From Nitrospiraceae bacterium (lineage in GTDB: Bacteria > Nitrospirota > Nitrospiria > Nitrospirales > Nitrospiraceae), in the NCBI GenBank assembly GCA_050246315.1, contig JBFWWG010000001.1:128001-192000 (forward strand): a stretch of 64,000 bases of DNA. Reading direction: 5' to 3'. The notes under the pieces were generated by a model, which was given only the letters and a program-made list of their open reading frames with translations, had not been told where the DNA came from and did not search any database. Within the stretch, counting starts at the first letter, position 1, and every line of letters starts with the position of its first letter. The translations under genes and the position numbers were made by a program. Positions 37,095 to 46,834 of this stretch are shown here, one piece after another.

Positions 37095-39086
37095 CTAGAC
37101 CTCGCGTTGCAACGGCAGCCATACCTCGACGACCGCTCCGCTTCCCGGAGGGCTGTGGATCGCCAATTGCCCGCCGTGCCGTTCGACGATGTCGTGCGTG
37201 ATCGTCAGGCCGAGCCCGACGCCTTTCGCCTTGCCGCTGGTGAAGAACGGTTCGAAGATACGATTCAGATCTTCCGGCGGGATACCCTTACCGGTATCCG
37301 AGAAGATCAAGAGGACGCCCATGCATCGTTTGATTTCCGGGCGGACTGCAATCGTCAGGTCTCCCCCGTTCGGCATGGCATCGATCGCATTCATCATGAT
37401 GTTGAGACAGACCTGCTGCACGTGCGCGGGGGACACCTCGACCGCAGGCAGGTCGGCCGCGATGGTCTTCCTCACATGGACCCGCTGTTTATGCAGGTTC
37501 GTCCGGAGCAATGTCAGCGTGTCGTCGATCAGTGAGGGAAGGTCGCACGGGCGGAGATCGAACGGACGCGGCCGCAACTGACCCAAATGGGCTTCCAGCA
37601 ACCCGTCGATCCGCGCCGCTTCGCGGGCGATGAGGCGGCACCGGTCTCGCGCAGCCGGCGGCAACTGTCCCTGGTCCGCAAGATGCGTCGCGAGGCTCCC
37701 GAGCCCGATCAGCGGGTTTCGGATTTCGTGCAGAATACCGCCGGCCAGTTGTCCGACCAGTTTGACCTGCTCGGTATGGCGCAGCGCCTCGAGCATCTGC
37801 TCCCGCTCGCTCAGATCGGTGAGAATCGCCAGATAATATTGTGTCGTGTCGTCGCGGTCCTTCACAGGACTCACGCTTTCCCAGACCAGAAATTCCGCGC
37901 CGTCTTTCCGGCGGTTGACAAAGCGATCGACGAACGGCTGCCCTGACCGGATGGCCTGCCAGAGGCGATGGTAGAATTCCGGCGGATGCTTGCCGGATTT
38001 CAGGATCGACGGCTGCCTCCCCAGCGCCTCCTCGCGCGGCCAACCGGTCATCCGTTCGAGCGCGGGGTTCCATTCCAGGATCCGGCCGTCGGTGTCGGTG
38101 AGCATGATCCCGTCCTGCGCCGACATGAACAGTCGGTGGTAGAGGTCGATCTGAGTATCGGCCCGCCGCCGTCGCTCCAACACCGTGGCCACCGTATTCG
38201 CCACCGAGCACAGAAATTCCTGCTCCTTCAGGGAAAAGTCCCTCACCCGCTTCGCATGCGCGGTCATCACCCCATAGACCTTGTCCTCGACCAGCATCGG
38301 CACGCACATGCCGGCGATACCTCCATGCTCGGTCAGCAATTTCGACGGGGTAAACCGGGTTTCCTTGCGCAAGTCGCGCACGACCACGGGCACCCGTTCC
38401 CGAATGGCGAACCCGGCCTGCGAATGCGTGCCCCCTTCGATCGTCAACTTCCCGATCAGTTCCTCTTCAATGCCGATACCGGCCATCACAGCCAGGTGGT
38501 CGTCCAACTCCCTCGCGATCAGGATCTTGCACAATTCCACCTCCAGGGCCTCCGCCGTGCGCCGAACGGCTTCACTCATCAAGGCTTGAGCCGGCGCGTC
38601 GCTCACCGCCAACGTGCCGATGCGGGCGAGCACCGATTGAAAGCGGGCGACTTGTGACGCCTCCTGGGCAAGCAGCGTGCGTTCCGTCACATCCTGCAGC
38701 ACCAGGAGCACCCCGGTTCCGCCATGATAGGGCACGACGTTGAAGCGGCACTGATAGATCAGCGGCCGGCCTCGCCGATCCGCAAAACGATAGGTGGTCT
38801 TGCCGCGCGTGCGGAGCGATTCACGATTCCAGACGATCGCGTCGGCAAAGAGGCGCGCGCGGGGCGTTATGGCCTGTTCGGGCGAGTCGGGCGCATCCAC
38901 CATGGCCGACGCCGGGGCTTCAATGAGTTCGCCGAACTGCGCGTTCTCGAAAATAAGAATGCCGCGCGAAATCAGGCACACCCCGCCTTCGATACAGTCG
39001 CTGACCCAGGCCAAGACTTCGGCCGCAGCGACTTCCGCGTAGGCCGGCACGGAACTTTTCGAGTTGGGACGTGGCGTGGACGGCAT
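37095..39086 (-). CDS. Soluble PAS-GAF-PAS sensor histidine kinase
   Basis: No TM segment; GAF (SQAGFAI...CVPM), PAS (WNPALERMTGW...NRRKDG), HEIRNPL, GVGLGL. Confidence 0.9.
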   Translation of the reverse strand: MPSTPRPNSKSSVPAYAEVAAAEVLAWVSDCIEGGVCLISRGILIFENAQFGELIEAPASAMVDAPDSPEQAITPRARLFADAIVWNRESLRTRGKTTYRFADRRGRPLIYQCRFNVVPYHGGTGVLLVLQDVTERTLLAQEASQVARFQSVLARIGTLAVSDAPAQALMSEAVRRTAEALEVELCKILIARELDDHLAVMAGIGIEEELIGKLTIEGGTHSQAGFAIRERVPVVVRDLRKETRFTPSKLLTEHGGIAGMCVPMLVEDKVYGVMTAHAKRVRDFSLKEQEFLCSVANTVATVLERRRRADTQIDLYHRLFMSAQDGIMLTDTDGRILEWNPALERMTGWPREEALGRQPSILKSGKHPPEFYHRLWQAIRSGQPFVDRFVNRRKDGAEFLVWESVSPVKDRDDTTQYYLAILTDLSEREQMLEALRHTEQVKLVGQLAGGILHEIRNPLIGLGSLATHLADQGQLPPAARDRCRLIAREAARIDGLLEAHLGQLRPRPFDLRPCDLPSLIDDTLTLLRTNLHKQRVHVRKTIAADLPAVEVSPAHVQQVCLNIMMNAIDAMPNGGDLTIAVRPEIKRCMGVLLIFSDTGKGIPPEDLNRIFEPFFTSGKAKGVGLGLTITHDIVERHGGQLAIHSPPGSGAVVEVWLPLQREV

Positions 39087-39199
39087 GGCTGCAATGGCCG
39101 GTGACGCCGGTCCGTCGCGTGGAGATGATCGCCCGTGTGGTGGCGCAGTATACCGAACTACCAGCGAGGCCGTCGAGAGACTGGCCGCCGCGGGCCTCG

Positions 39200-39529
39200 T
39201 TATTTCGCGAGGAAACGATCCCGCCGGCTCACCGCGACGTCCGTGACAAACATCGCGCCCGAATGCCGATTGAAGAGCGGACCCAGACCGGCCAGGATCG
39301 GTTCGACCTTCTCTTCCGGTACGACCGTAAACACGATGACCTGGCTGCTCGTGTCATTGAAGAGCAGGTGCCCTTCATGAAAGCCGTGGTGCCCTTTGCC
39401 GGACACGTTGTTGATAATCGTGTAGCCGGTTGCGCCGGTCCGGTCCAGCAGGTCAGTGACAAACTTCAACTGATCCCCCTGCACAACGATCCTGATTTCC
39501 TTCATGGGATGCAGCGTCAAGCTGATCAT
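39200..39529 (-). CDS. P-II superfamily (SbtB-like) signalling protein
   Basis: AGGAGG RBS; MKEIRIVV...GATGYTIINNVSGKGHHG...GAMFVTDV. Confidence 0.85.
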   Translation of the reverse strand: MISLTLHPMKEIRIVVQGDQLKFVTDLLDRTGATGYTIINNVSGKGHHGFHEGHLLFNDTSSQVIVFTVVPEEKVEPILAGLGPLFNRHSGAMFVTDVAVSRRDRFLAK

Positions 39530-42500
39530 GATCCTGTCCTCCTTCATCCAATTCTTCATGAATCCAGTCGGCGGCTCGATCATAGCGATAGCACTGCCGA
39601 TCTCTCGGATCGAGTGCGACGAGAGACACCCAACCCAGATTGAACAATTGTTCCAGCAGCGGATGCCGATAGATGATGCCGCGTATCCGCTCCCGTGGCG
39701 CCTCGATGATGGCCAGCAGCCTCATGGGTTCATGATACGGCGCGGGTCCATTCATCACCGTCTGAGCCGGAAGACCAATGCGCAGATCGCTCCACACCCC
39801 GGACATGACGCCCACGCGACCGGTCACATTGTGGTAGACCTTGCTGCCGCTGCCGTACACCTCGTTATCGACCGTCGAAAAATAATGCTCCATATTGATC
39901 CATTGGGCCACGACAAGCGGGGCGGTCATGATCGTTTCCAAGAGTTTCCCGGACGCATCCTGCCGGTGATCATAGGAATGCAAAAAGGCGCGGCCACGCA
40001 TGTCCACCCGTTGTGTGGCGCTTCGCCGGCCGATGACGATCAGGCTGTTTTTTGAAAGGCCCCATTCCGGGCGGACCTCGGCCCAATCATCGCTGCGCCG
40101 CCGGGCCAACTGCCGAGCGCCTCGAGCGTCGGCGGGTTGGCCCTGGGGAAACGACCCGGCTCGCTCCAGCGCGGCCTGCGCCCCGGCTTCATCGAGGTCG
40201 GCCATCAGCCGCTGGAGGTCTTTCCGGTGTGTGGCCGGCACATCCTCCAGATCGATGAGTCGGACACGGTCCGTCGTGGTGTCATGTTCGGCCGCCAGGA
40301 ATTGGGTATCGCTCGGGATCGGGATGCCCCGGTCCTGCAACAGATTCCGCACCGCAGGCTTGTTGGCCATGGCCGCGATGGTCCTGGCATTCGGCAGACC
40401 GTGGTTACCGCCACAGGCGCCGCAATCGAGCGCCGATTCATACGGGTTGTTGTAGGACGTGCTGCCGTGCGCGCAGAAGACCACGGCACGGGCAAAGTTT
40501 GAGGTCAACCCCATCAGGCGCAGCGCCGCCTCCACGAAGTAGGCCTGTTCCACAATGGAAAATCCCGTGTGGGTCAGTCGATCCAACCGTGAGGAGATGC
40601 CGCGCGGGCTGACCCGGTGGCGTTCTCGGAGTTCCTCATAGAAGACGGTCTCCTCTGCCGGCGTGAATCCCAGCGCCTTCGCCACGTCGCCGTTCGTGTC
40701 CTCGGTCTGACCCACGGCTTTCTTTCGAATCGTCTCCAACAACGTGGGTGAGAGGGCGGCGCCGGAGAGACCGAATCGCTCACGCAGCAGTTCGCGGATC
40801 ACGACCTGCTGCTCGGCCGCCACCATTTCCTCCGCCTGGGCGCGGGCGAGCTTTTCGACCGTCAAGGTGGTCGCCACAGCAGGCATGAAGATGCGCATGA
40901 GCCATCGCTTGACCTGGTCGTACCGGACCGGGAGGAGCGTGCGGCCGAACAACGGCAGGCTGAAGAACCACCCGATCGCCTCCACCATGACATAGGGCGT
41001 GACAACATTCTCTTTCAAATCGTGCAACAGCGCGCGAGCCGCTTGACTGAGCTTCGTCGCGGTCTTGTGCCGATCTGCCAGTGCGCCATGGTAGCTGCGC
41101 GGGACTTCCCGTACCTGGTTCTTGGGTTTAAGCAGCACCGGGCAATGGGAGACCGCGTGGCGGGCGGCAAAGGGTCGGTAGTCTAACGGCACGCCAAAGA
41201 AGCCGGCCAGACCCAGAGTTTCATAGCCCCCTAAGTGTTCGAGATGGCGGCGATACACTTCGGACCGGACATCGATACAGAAGACGACCTGGGCCAACGG
41301 TCGTGACGCGGCAACTGTGTCCGTCGCCGCCAGGTCGGTCGCCGTGGCTTCGGACGCCAGCTTCCTCAACACCTGCCGCCGGTGAGTGGCCTCAAGGGCC
41401 TGTAGCCAGACCGGCTTCTGCCGCGACGCCGGGAAGCTGTCCAACCAGGTGAGCAAGAGGCGAAGGTCGGAGGAAGGCGTGGATTCGATGACGGCGGGAT
41501 CGATCGAGAGGGCACGCGCCAGACGAATGAGCGACCGAGCTGCCTTGCGACGATCCTGCTGCGCGCGCACATCCACCTCCAGGTCGCGGTGCTGGCGTCC
41601 CAATGTCTCCCAGGCCTGATGGTCCAAGCGCTGCTTGCTCCGCAATAGCCGCCTGACTTCCTTGCCGATCGAATCCGGCACCTGTCCGCCGATCCATGCC
41701 CTTCGCAACCGGTAGGCGACGGGATACTGATCCACATAGCGCCGGAGCGCCTCTTCCCCACCGGCGATTCCCAGGTGGGCGCGACAGGCGACCTCCACGA
41801 ACTCTCGTTCATAGAAGAGGCGGACCGAGAGGTACTTGACCAAGTCGATGGGAAACTCTTCCTGCCAAGGATGGCTTCCCTGTTGCGCCCGCCATTTGAT
41901 GTACCCGACCCAACCGGGCATCGCCGCCAGATGCCGTGCGAGATAGGATTCCCATGAAGCCTTTGGAATCGTCATGGTCGCCAGATGTTCCAGCAGCGCA
42001 TCTTCGGAACGGTCGGAAAGGGCAAGGATCTTCGCGGAGGCGTCCGGAATGCCGATCAACCGCAACGTGGTGTCATGCTGTGCAAGCGACTTCCACGCCC
42101 GGTAAAAAGTCTGTTCCCTGCCGGGCATGGACCATCCCACTTCGCCCTCGTCCAAGAAGGCGCTGCACCACTTCACCATTTCCCGATTGATGGTTTCGAG
42201 CAGAGAAGTCCCGAACGTCCGGTCGCACCAGATACCCAGCGTTTCGTCGAGCGGCCATTCAGGCGGAAGGTCCGGGCTGGACACCCGGCCCGAGGAAGCC
42301 GGCTCTTGCGCGGATGCCGCCCGCAGCCACGACAGCACCCTTTCAACGGTCGCCGCATCCTCTTGCGCAGTCGATTCGGCGGCGAACGGTCCGTCCTCGG
42401 TCACCCCGTCGACGATGGAGAGGGTCAGCACATCCAGATGGGAAAGCGAGCGTCCGGCGAAGCACAGCCGGTTCTCGCTCGCCAGCGGCGCGAGCACCGC

Positions 42501-42764
42501 GCGAAGCTCCTTCAGCCCGATGCGTCCCTCACGAACAAAGCAACGATACTCGTCGCTGCTGAGATACCCCCGCCCGCCGAACAGCTCGGTTCCCCGTTCC
42601 ACGGCCTGCTCAAACGGCAACGTCTCCAGCCCGTGCAGCGGATTGTGATGGATGAAGGTGCGCATGGGCCAACACTGAGCGATGACCTCCCCAGCCAACT
42701 CAACATAGGACCGCAACTCCATTCGCTGCGCATCGGTATAGCGGTCACGCGTCGCCTCGGTCAT
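39453..42764 (-). CDS. dabA: DabA (DUF2309) inorganic-carbon pump, carbonic-anhydrase-like subunit
   Basis: FIHHNPL, FCIDVRSE, CAHGS, LDCGACGG, EHDTTTD, WAEVRPEWGL, YHEPMRL. Confidence 0.93.
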   Translation of the reverse strand: MTEATRDRYTDAQRMELRSYVELAGEVIAQCWPMRTFIHHNPLHGLETLPFEQAVERGTELFGGRGYLSSDEYRCFVREGRIGLKELRAVLAPLASENRLCFAGRSLSHLDVLTLSIVDGVTEDGPFAAESTAQEDAATVERVLSWLRAASAQEPASSGRVSSPDLPPEWPLDETLGIWCDRTFGTSLLETINREMVKWCSAFLDEGEVGWSMPGREQTFYRAWKSLAQHDTTLRLIGIPDASAKILALSDRSEDALLEHLATMTIPKASWESYLARHLAAMPGWVGYIKWRAQQGSHPWQEEFPIDLVKYLSVRLFYEREFVEVACRAHLGIAGGEEALRRYVDQYPVAYRLRRAWIGGQVPDSIGKEVRRLLRSKQRLDHQAWETLGRQHRDLEVDVRAQQDRRKAARSLIRLARALSIDPAVIESTPSSDLRLLLTWLDSFPASRQKPVWLQALEATHRRQVLRKLASEATATDLAATDTVAASRPLAQVVFCIDVRSEVYRRHLEHLGGYETLGLAGFFGVPLDYRPFAARHAVSHCPVLLKPKNQVREVPRSYHGALADRHKTATKLSQAARALLHDLKENVVTPYVMVEAIGWFFSLPLFGRTLLPVRYDQVKRWLMRIFMPAVATTLTVEKLARAQAEEMVAAEQQVVIRELLRERFGLSGAALSPTLLETIRKKAVGQTEDTNGDVAKALGFTPAEETVFYEELRERHRVSPRGISSRLDRLTHTGFSIVEQAYFVEAALRLMGLTSNFARAVVFCAHGSTSYNNPYESALDCGACGGNHGLPNARTIAAMANKPAVRNLLQDRGIPIPSDTQFLAAEHDTTTDRVRLIDLEDVPATHRKDLQRLMADLDEAGAQAALERAGSFPQGQPADARGARQLARRRSDDWAEVRPEWGLSKNSLIVIGRRSATQRVDMRGRAFLHSYDHRQDASGKLLETIMTAPLVVAQWINMEHYFSTVDNEVYGSGSKVYHNVTGRVGVMSGVWSDLRIGLPAQTVMNGPAPYHEPMRLLAIIEAPRERIRGIIYRHPLLEQLFNLGWVSLVALDPRDRQCYRYDRAADWIHEELDEGGQDHDQLDAASHEGNQDRCAGGSVEVCH

Positions 42765-44488
42765 CGTGGCACTCGATCGGAAATCGGCCGCGGGCGGTTG
42801 CGCGGTTCCCTAGGTCCGGAACCGGTACTGACGGCCCTCACTGCATCCTCGACATACAGACCGTTGAGAAACGCAACATAGAGGCGGGTATGGAGCGGCT
42901 CGAGCCAGGCCGGAAGTAACAGTCGCATCCCATGGGCTTTCCCATATAAGACGACCCACACGGCGACGACTAGCAGCGCCGATACCCCGACAAACGCATC
43001 GAACAAATGCTGATTCCAAGCTGCGGCTTGGAAGGATGCGGCCACCTGTCCCGGCTCCGGATAGAGGAAATGCGTGAAGGCTTCACCGGCCCAGAGATAG
43101 GTGAGCCCGATGAACGCCAGGGTCGCGATCATCACGGCTGAAACGTCCCAAGATCCGACGGCGTTGAGGCGGTAGAGGCTGAAGATGGCCTGTGCCGAAG
43201 TCACCCAAGCAAAGAACAGGAAGATGACTGTGCCCTGGGATTGGAAGAGCGGAATATTCACCAAGCCATGCGCGATCAGCAGGATGACCAACGGCAACAC
43301 AAGGGTCAGCGCCAATCCGGTGGCCCAAAGCACGAAGGAAAAGGCCGGCGTCTCCCTCACGGCATGATGGCCGGGCAGCTTGAATTCCGTCCGGGCCTTA
43401 TGGATGTTCACTCCCGAGTTGAGAAACAGCGTGGCCTTGAACAGCCCATGGGCACAGAGATGGAACACCGCCAACGCGAACGCGCCCAGACCACACTCCA
43501 TCACCATGTAGCCCATTTGTCCCATGGTCGAGTAGACCAACGTCCGCTTCACGCTGGACTGAGTCAGCATGGTCGCCGCGCCGATCAGGGCCGTGAGCCC
43601 TCCGATCACGAACATCAGATGGAGGGTCGTCGGTGCAAGGCTGTACAGCGGAGCCAACCTGTTGACCAGGAAGCCTCCTGCGTTGACGATCCCCGCGTGA
43701 AGGAGGGCCGATACAGGGGTGGGAGCCTCTATCGTGCCGGGCAACCAGATGTGAAACGGAAACTGCGCCGACTTGGTCATCACGGAAACCAGCAGGAGCA
43801 TCGTGGTCACAGATGGCACATCCAACTGCAGCCCGGCATCGAGCCATGGGACGGATTGCACCGGAGACTGCCTCACGATGGCGAAGATCTCACCAAGGTC
43901 CACCGTCCCGCAAGTCGCATAGAGCACCAGGACCGCCGCTGCGAATGCGACATCGCCGATTCCTTGGATTCGCAATGTTCTTCGACCGGCTTGGACGGCA
44001 GCCGTGCTCGCCGCACGGAACGAGACGAGCGCGACAAGGAACCATGTGACCAGATGCCACCAGAGAAACAACCACAGCAGATTGCCGCTGGTGACCAAGA
44101 GTAAGAGCACGAATGTCAGCAGCCCAAGAAGAGAGAAGAACCGGAGGTACCTCGGATCGCCGGTCATGTATCGGCGCGAATAGACGTGAATCACCAAACT
44201 GACCCATGTGATCAGAACCATCATCACGGCGGCGAGGCGGTCGACCAGCACGGAGTAGCTCATGAAACCCGAGTGGGCGGCTAGGAGGGTCACCTTGATC
44301 GACTCTCCCTGAAGCACCACCACCAGTGTCGCTACCGATGCCAGAGCCGAGGCCCAGAGCGCCGTGATCCCGATCAGACCGCTTCGCTCCCCCAGACCGG
44401 AGCCGAAAAATGGGATCGCCACCCCTGAGAGCAGAGGTGCGAACAGGGCTATTGCCAGAAAGATTGATTCCACTAGAGGCTCCATCAC
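42761..44488 (-). CDS. dabB: DabB membrane subunit (NuoL/ND5-like)
   Basis: KSAQFPFHIWLP, APTPVSALLHAG, HGLFKATLFL; overlaps dabA start. Confidence 0.9.
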   Translation of the reverse strand: MMEPLVESIFLAIALFAPLLSGVAIPFFGSGLGERSGLIGITALWASALASVATLVVVLQGESIKVTLLAAHSGFMSYSVLVDRLAAVMMVLITWVSLVIHVYSRRYMTGDPRYLRFFSLLGLLTFVLLLLVTSGNLLWLFLWWHLVTWFLVALVSFRAASTAAVQAGRRTLRIQGIGDVAFAAAVLVLYATCGTVDLGEIFAIVRQSPVQSVPWLDAGLQLDVPSVTTMLLLVSVMTKSAQFPFHIWLPGTIEAPTPVSALLHAGIVNAGGFLVNRLAPLYSLAPTTLHLMFVIGGLTALIGAATMLTQSSVKRTLVYSTMGQMGYMVMECGLGAFALAVFHLCAHGLFKATLFLNSGVNIHKARTEFKLPGHHAVRETPAFSFVLWATGLALTLVLPLVILLIAHGLVNIPLFQSQGTVIFLFFAWVTSAQAIFSLYRLNAVGSWDVSAVMIATLAFIGLTYLWAGEAFTHFLYPEPGQVAASFQAAAWNQHLFDAFVGVSALLVVAVWVVLYGKAHGMRLLLPAWLEPLHTRLYVAFLNGLYVEDAVRAVSTGSGPREPRNRPRPISDRVPR

Positions 44489-44683
44489 CGGCTTCGATCA
44501 GCAAGAAGGAGACCGCGAGAACCAGGCTTCCTAAACATGATCATAAGACACAGAATCTCCATGGTTACTTGTCTGTCTTCTCTCATGCGGCATGGTTCGA
44601 TACTCAGATCGACGTGAGGAAACGATGTGTGCCGGCGCACTCATGTGCGCCAACGCACCGGTTTATCAACGGGCCATGAGCGT

Positions 44684-44716
44684 GCTGCAATCAACCCCTA
44701 GCTGCAATCAACCCTA
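44684..44716. repeat. 17/16-bp tandem direct repeat upstream of dabB
   Basis: GCTGCAATCAACCCCTA GCTGCAATCAACCCTA. Confidence 0.7.
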
Positions 44717-45041
44717 ATAGGTAGATCGCGACTCCTCATACCAACGACTCTCGATCGGTCGTTCCGGCGGCCTGACCGGAGGCCGATGGATTCTGCATGA
44801 GGTGGAAGGATACTGTCACGAGGTTTGTTCAGCGTTGAAGAAGGCATGAAAGAGGAAAGGGGCTGCTGTTCTCGACGATGCGGGACCTGATGGCAGATGG
44901 CGCTACCATTAACCCTCTAACCCTTTCCCTGCTAAGCCAGCTCGATCACCCACAATAACCAAGACCTGAAGGGAGGAATCCGTGAAAACGCAACAGGTGT
45001 GGAGTTTTGGCAACAGCCAACTCATTTCGAGCTCATATCAC

Positions 45042-45109
45042 CAAGTCATTGATATTAAATATGTAATTTACTAAACTTCGGCTCGAACTCTATTGGCACA
45101 TAAGTTGTA
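45042..45109 (+). promoter_or_regulatory. IHF site plus sigma-54-like promoter of lpxC
   Basis: TATCAATGACTTG on the minus strand (45042-45054) matches WATCAA-N4-TTR; TGGCACATAAGTTGTA at 45094-45109 (GG-N10-GT). Confidence 0.6.
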
Positions 45110-45129
45110 TATGCCTACCAATCGTCATC

Positions 45130-46074
45130 ATGCGCTATCAACAAACCATAGCCTCTCCGATCACCTGCACTGGTATTGGACTCCATTCCGGGCAGCCGGT
45201 CACCATGACCCTGCTCCCCGCTCCTTCCAACACCGGAGTCGTGTTCCTTCGCAAGGCGGGTGGATCGGCGATTCCGTTGGGCGCCACCATCAGTAATTTG
45301 GTGGCAACGGAACTTTGTACGGCTATCAGCAGCGCCGGCACTCAGATCAAGACCATCGAGCATATCCTGGCCGCACTCTGTGGGTTGGGCGTCGATAACG
45401 TCTACATTGAGATCGACGCCGGTGAAGTCCCGGTCATGGATGGGAGCGCCGGCCCATTCGTGCGTCTGATCAAGGCCGCCGGGATCGTGCCCCAGACCCG
45501 TGCCCAACGGTTCCTCAAGATCACGCAACCGATAGAGATCATGGACAGAGGCCGTCGTGTCGTGATCGAACCGTCTCCGACGCCTAAGGTCACCTATACG
45601 ATCGCCTATGACCATCCGCTGATCGGCATCCAGAGTTACGAGTATGAATGTGCCGCCGACTCGTTCGAACGAGAAATCGCTGATGCGCGGACGTTCGGCT
45701 TCCTGAAGGAAGTGGAAGCCCTCTGGTCGCGCGGACTAGGAAAGGGCGGTTCTCTGGATAATACCGTCGTCCTGTCCGACAACGATGTGATGAACCAGAC
45801 CGGCCTCCGATTCCAGGATGAATTTGTTCGGCACAAGGTTCTGGACTTGGTAGGCGATCTCTCGCTCCTGGGCATGCCCTTCATCGGACATGTCAAAGCG
45901 GAGCGTTCCGGTCATGCCCTCCATACGTCATTGGTCAATCAGATTCTGCGTCGCCCGGAATGCTGGGTTCTTCTGTCCTTGGAGGATCAGCCGGTCGCTG
46001 CGGAACGGTCGCTCCTCCAGCCCTGCACGATTTATCACGCCTCTGCCCTGACGGCTCCGGTCGCCTCGGTCTAA
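45130..46074 (+). CDS. lpxC: UDP-3-O-acyl-N-acetylglucosamine deacetylase
   Basis: GIGLHSG, TIEHILAAL, EVPVMDGSA, ARTFGF, RHKVLDLVGD. Confidence 0.97.
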   Translation: MRYQQTIASPITCTGIGLHSGQPVTMTLLPAPSNTGVVFLRKAGGSAIPLGATISNLVATELCTAISSAGTQIKTIEHILAALCGLGVDNVYIEIDAGEVPVMDGSAGPFVRLIKAAGIVPQTRAQRFLKITQPIEIMDRGRRVVIEPSPTPKVTYTIAYDHPLIGIQSYEYECAADSFEREIADARTFGFLKEVEALWSRGLGKGGSLDNTVVLSDNDVMNQTGLRFQDEFVRHKVLDLVGDLSLLGMPFIGHVKAERSGHALHTSLVNQILRRPECWVLLSLEDQPVAAERSLLQPCTIYHASALTAPVASV

Positions 46075-46162
46075 CTCTTCGGTAAAGTCCTTCCCCGATG
46101 ACGTTCGTCTCGACCCGTATCGGGTTTCGGTCGATAAGCCGGAATTCCACCGTCCGCTGCAG

Positions 46163-46202
46163 AAAAAAATGCGCCGGAGGTAAGTGGCCTTACCTCCGGC
46201 GC
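46163..46202 (-). terminator. Rho-independent terminator
   Basis: 14-bp perfect stem GCGCCGGAGGTAAG/CTTACCTCCGGCGC, 4-nt loop, T7 tract on the minus strand. Confidence 0.85.
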
Positions 46203-46221
46203 CTGGAGCGGGGGGAGTGAC

Positions 46222-46260
46222 TTACTTCTTCTTCTTCTTCGCAGCCTTCTTCGTTGCCAA
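46222..46260 (-). CDS. 12-aa Lys-rich micropeptide MATKKAAKKKKK
   Basis: GGAGGTGA Shine-Dalgarno 5 nt before TTG; TAA followed by terminator. Confidence 0.6.
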   Translation of the reverse strand: MATKKAAKKKKK

Positions 46261-46683
46261 CGCCCTCACCTCCCTTCACACATGACGTCACGAGTGAATT
46301 GCCGTGGAACGGTCCGCCGCCGCGTCGCGCACGCGAACCGGTGCCGAAGGCCACGCGGCGTGCGGCCTCTTGGTTCGCTGAATTGAACGGAAAATCGATG
46401 ACGATCGTGACGCGCAGGAGCCGAGTTCAGGATGCAGGAATGTCGAAAAGGATGAACTGGAGTGCAGCCTACCACTCAGGTGCGCGGCGAATCCCGCATC
46501 GCTCACGCAAACCCGTTGCGTTGCGGATCGATAATTGGAAACAATCCCGAACGGACAATTAAACGAAACGCGCTTGTCATCAAGCTTGAGAAGGGGAAGG
46601 CGAGAGGCGAAACGTCGTGGTTCGTATTCGATGTTCAATCCTTTGAGTTCTCCAAAATCGGATCTCACTCAAAGCATGTGTGC

Positions 46684-46712
46684 TTTATAGCAACAGCGTT
46701 CACTGAGATCAA
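46684..46712 (-). promoter_or_regulatory. Sigma-70-type promoter
   Basis: TTGATC-N17-TATAAA on the minus strand. Confidence 0.6.
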
Positions 46713-46834
46713 CAAAAATCTCTTGCACTCGGCGGCGACGACGACTCGCTGGCTCTCTTTTCGGTCGTCGCTGGCTCATTTCACCTGAAAGTGTAGCACG
46801 TGTGGATGGTTTATCAATCGAGGCGAGGAACCGA

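Noticed and set aside
42761..44488. Complex I nuoL
   Set aside because: No other nuo genes, and it is coupled to DUF2309, so it is DabB
44635..44652. Sigma-54 promoter for dabB (TGGCGC...TGC on the minus strand)
   Set aside because: GG-to-GC spacing is 11, not 10
46266..46788. ORFs of 69-126 aa between lpxC and suhB
   Set aside because: No recognisable motifs or protein-like composition; a non-coding leader is the better explanation
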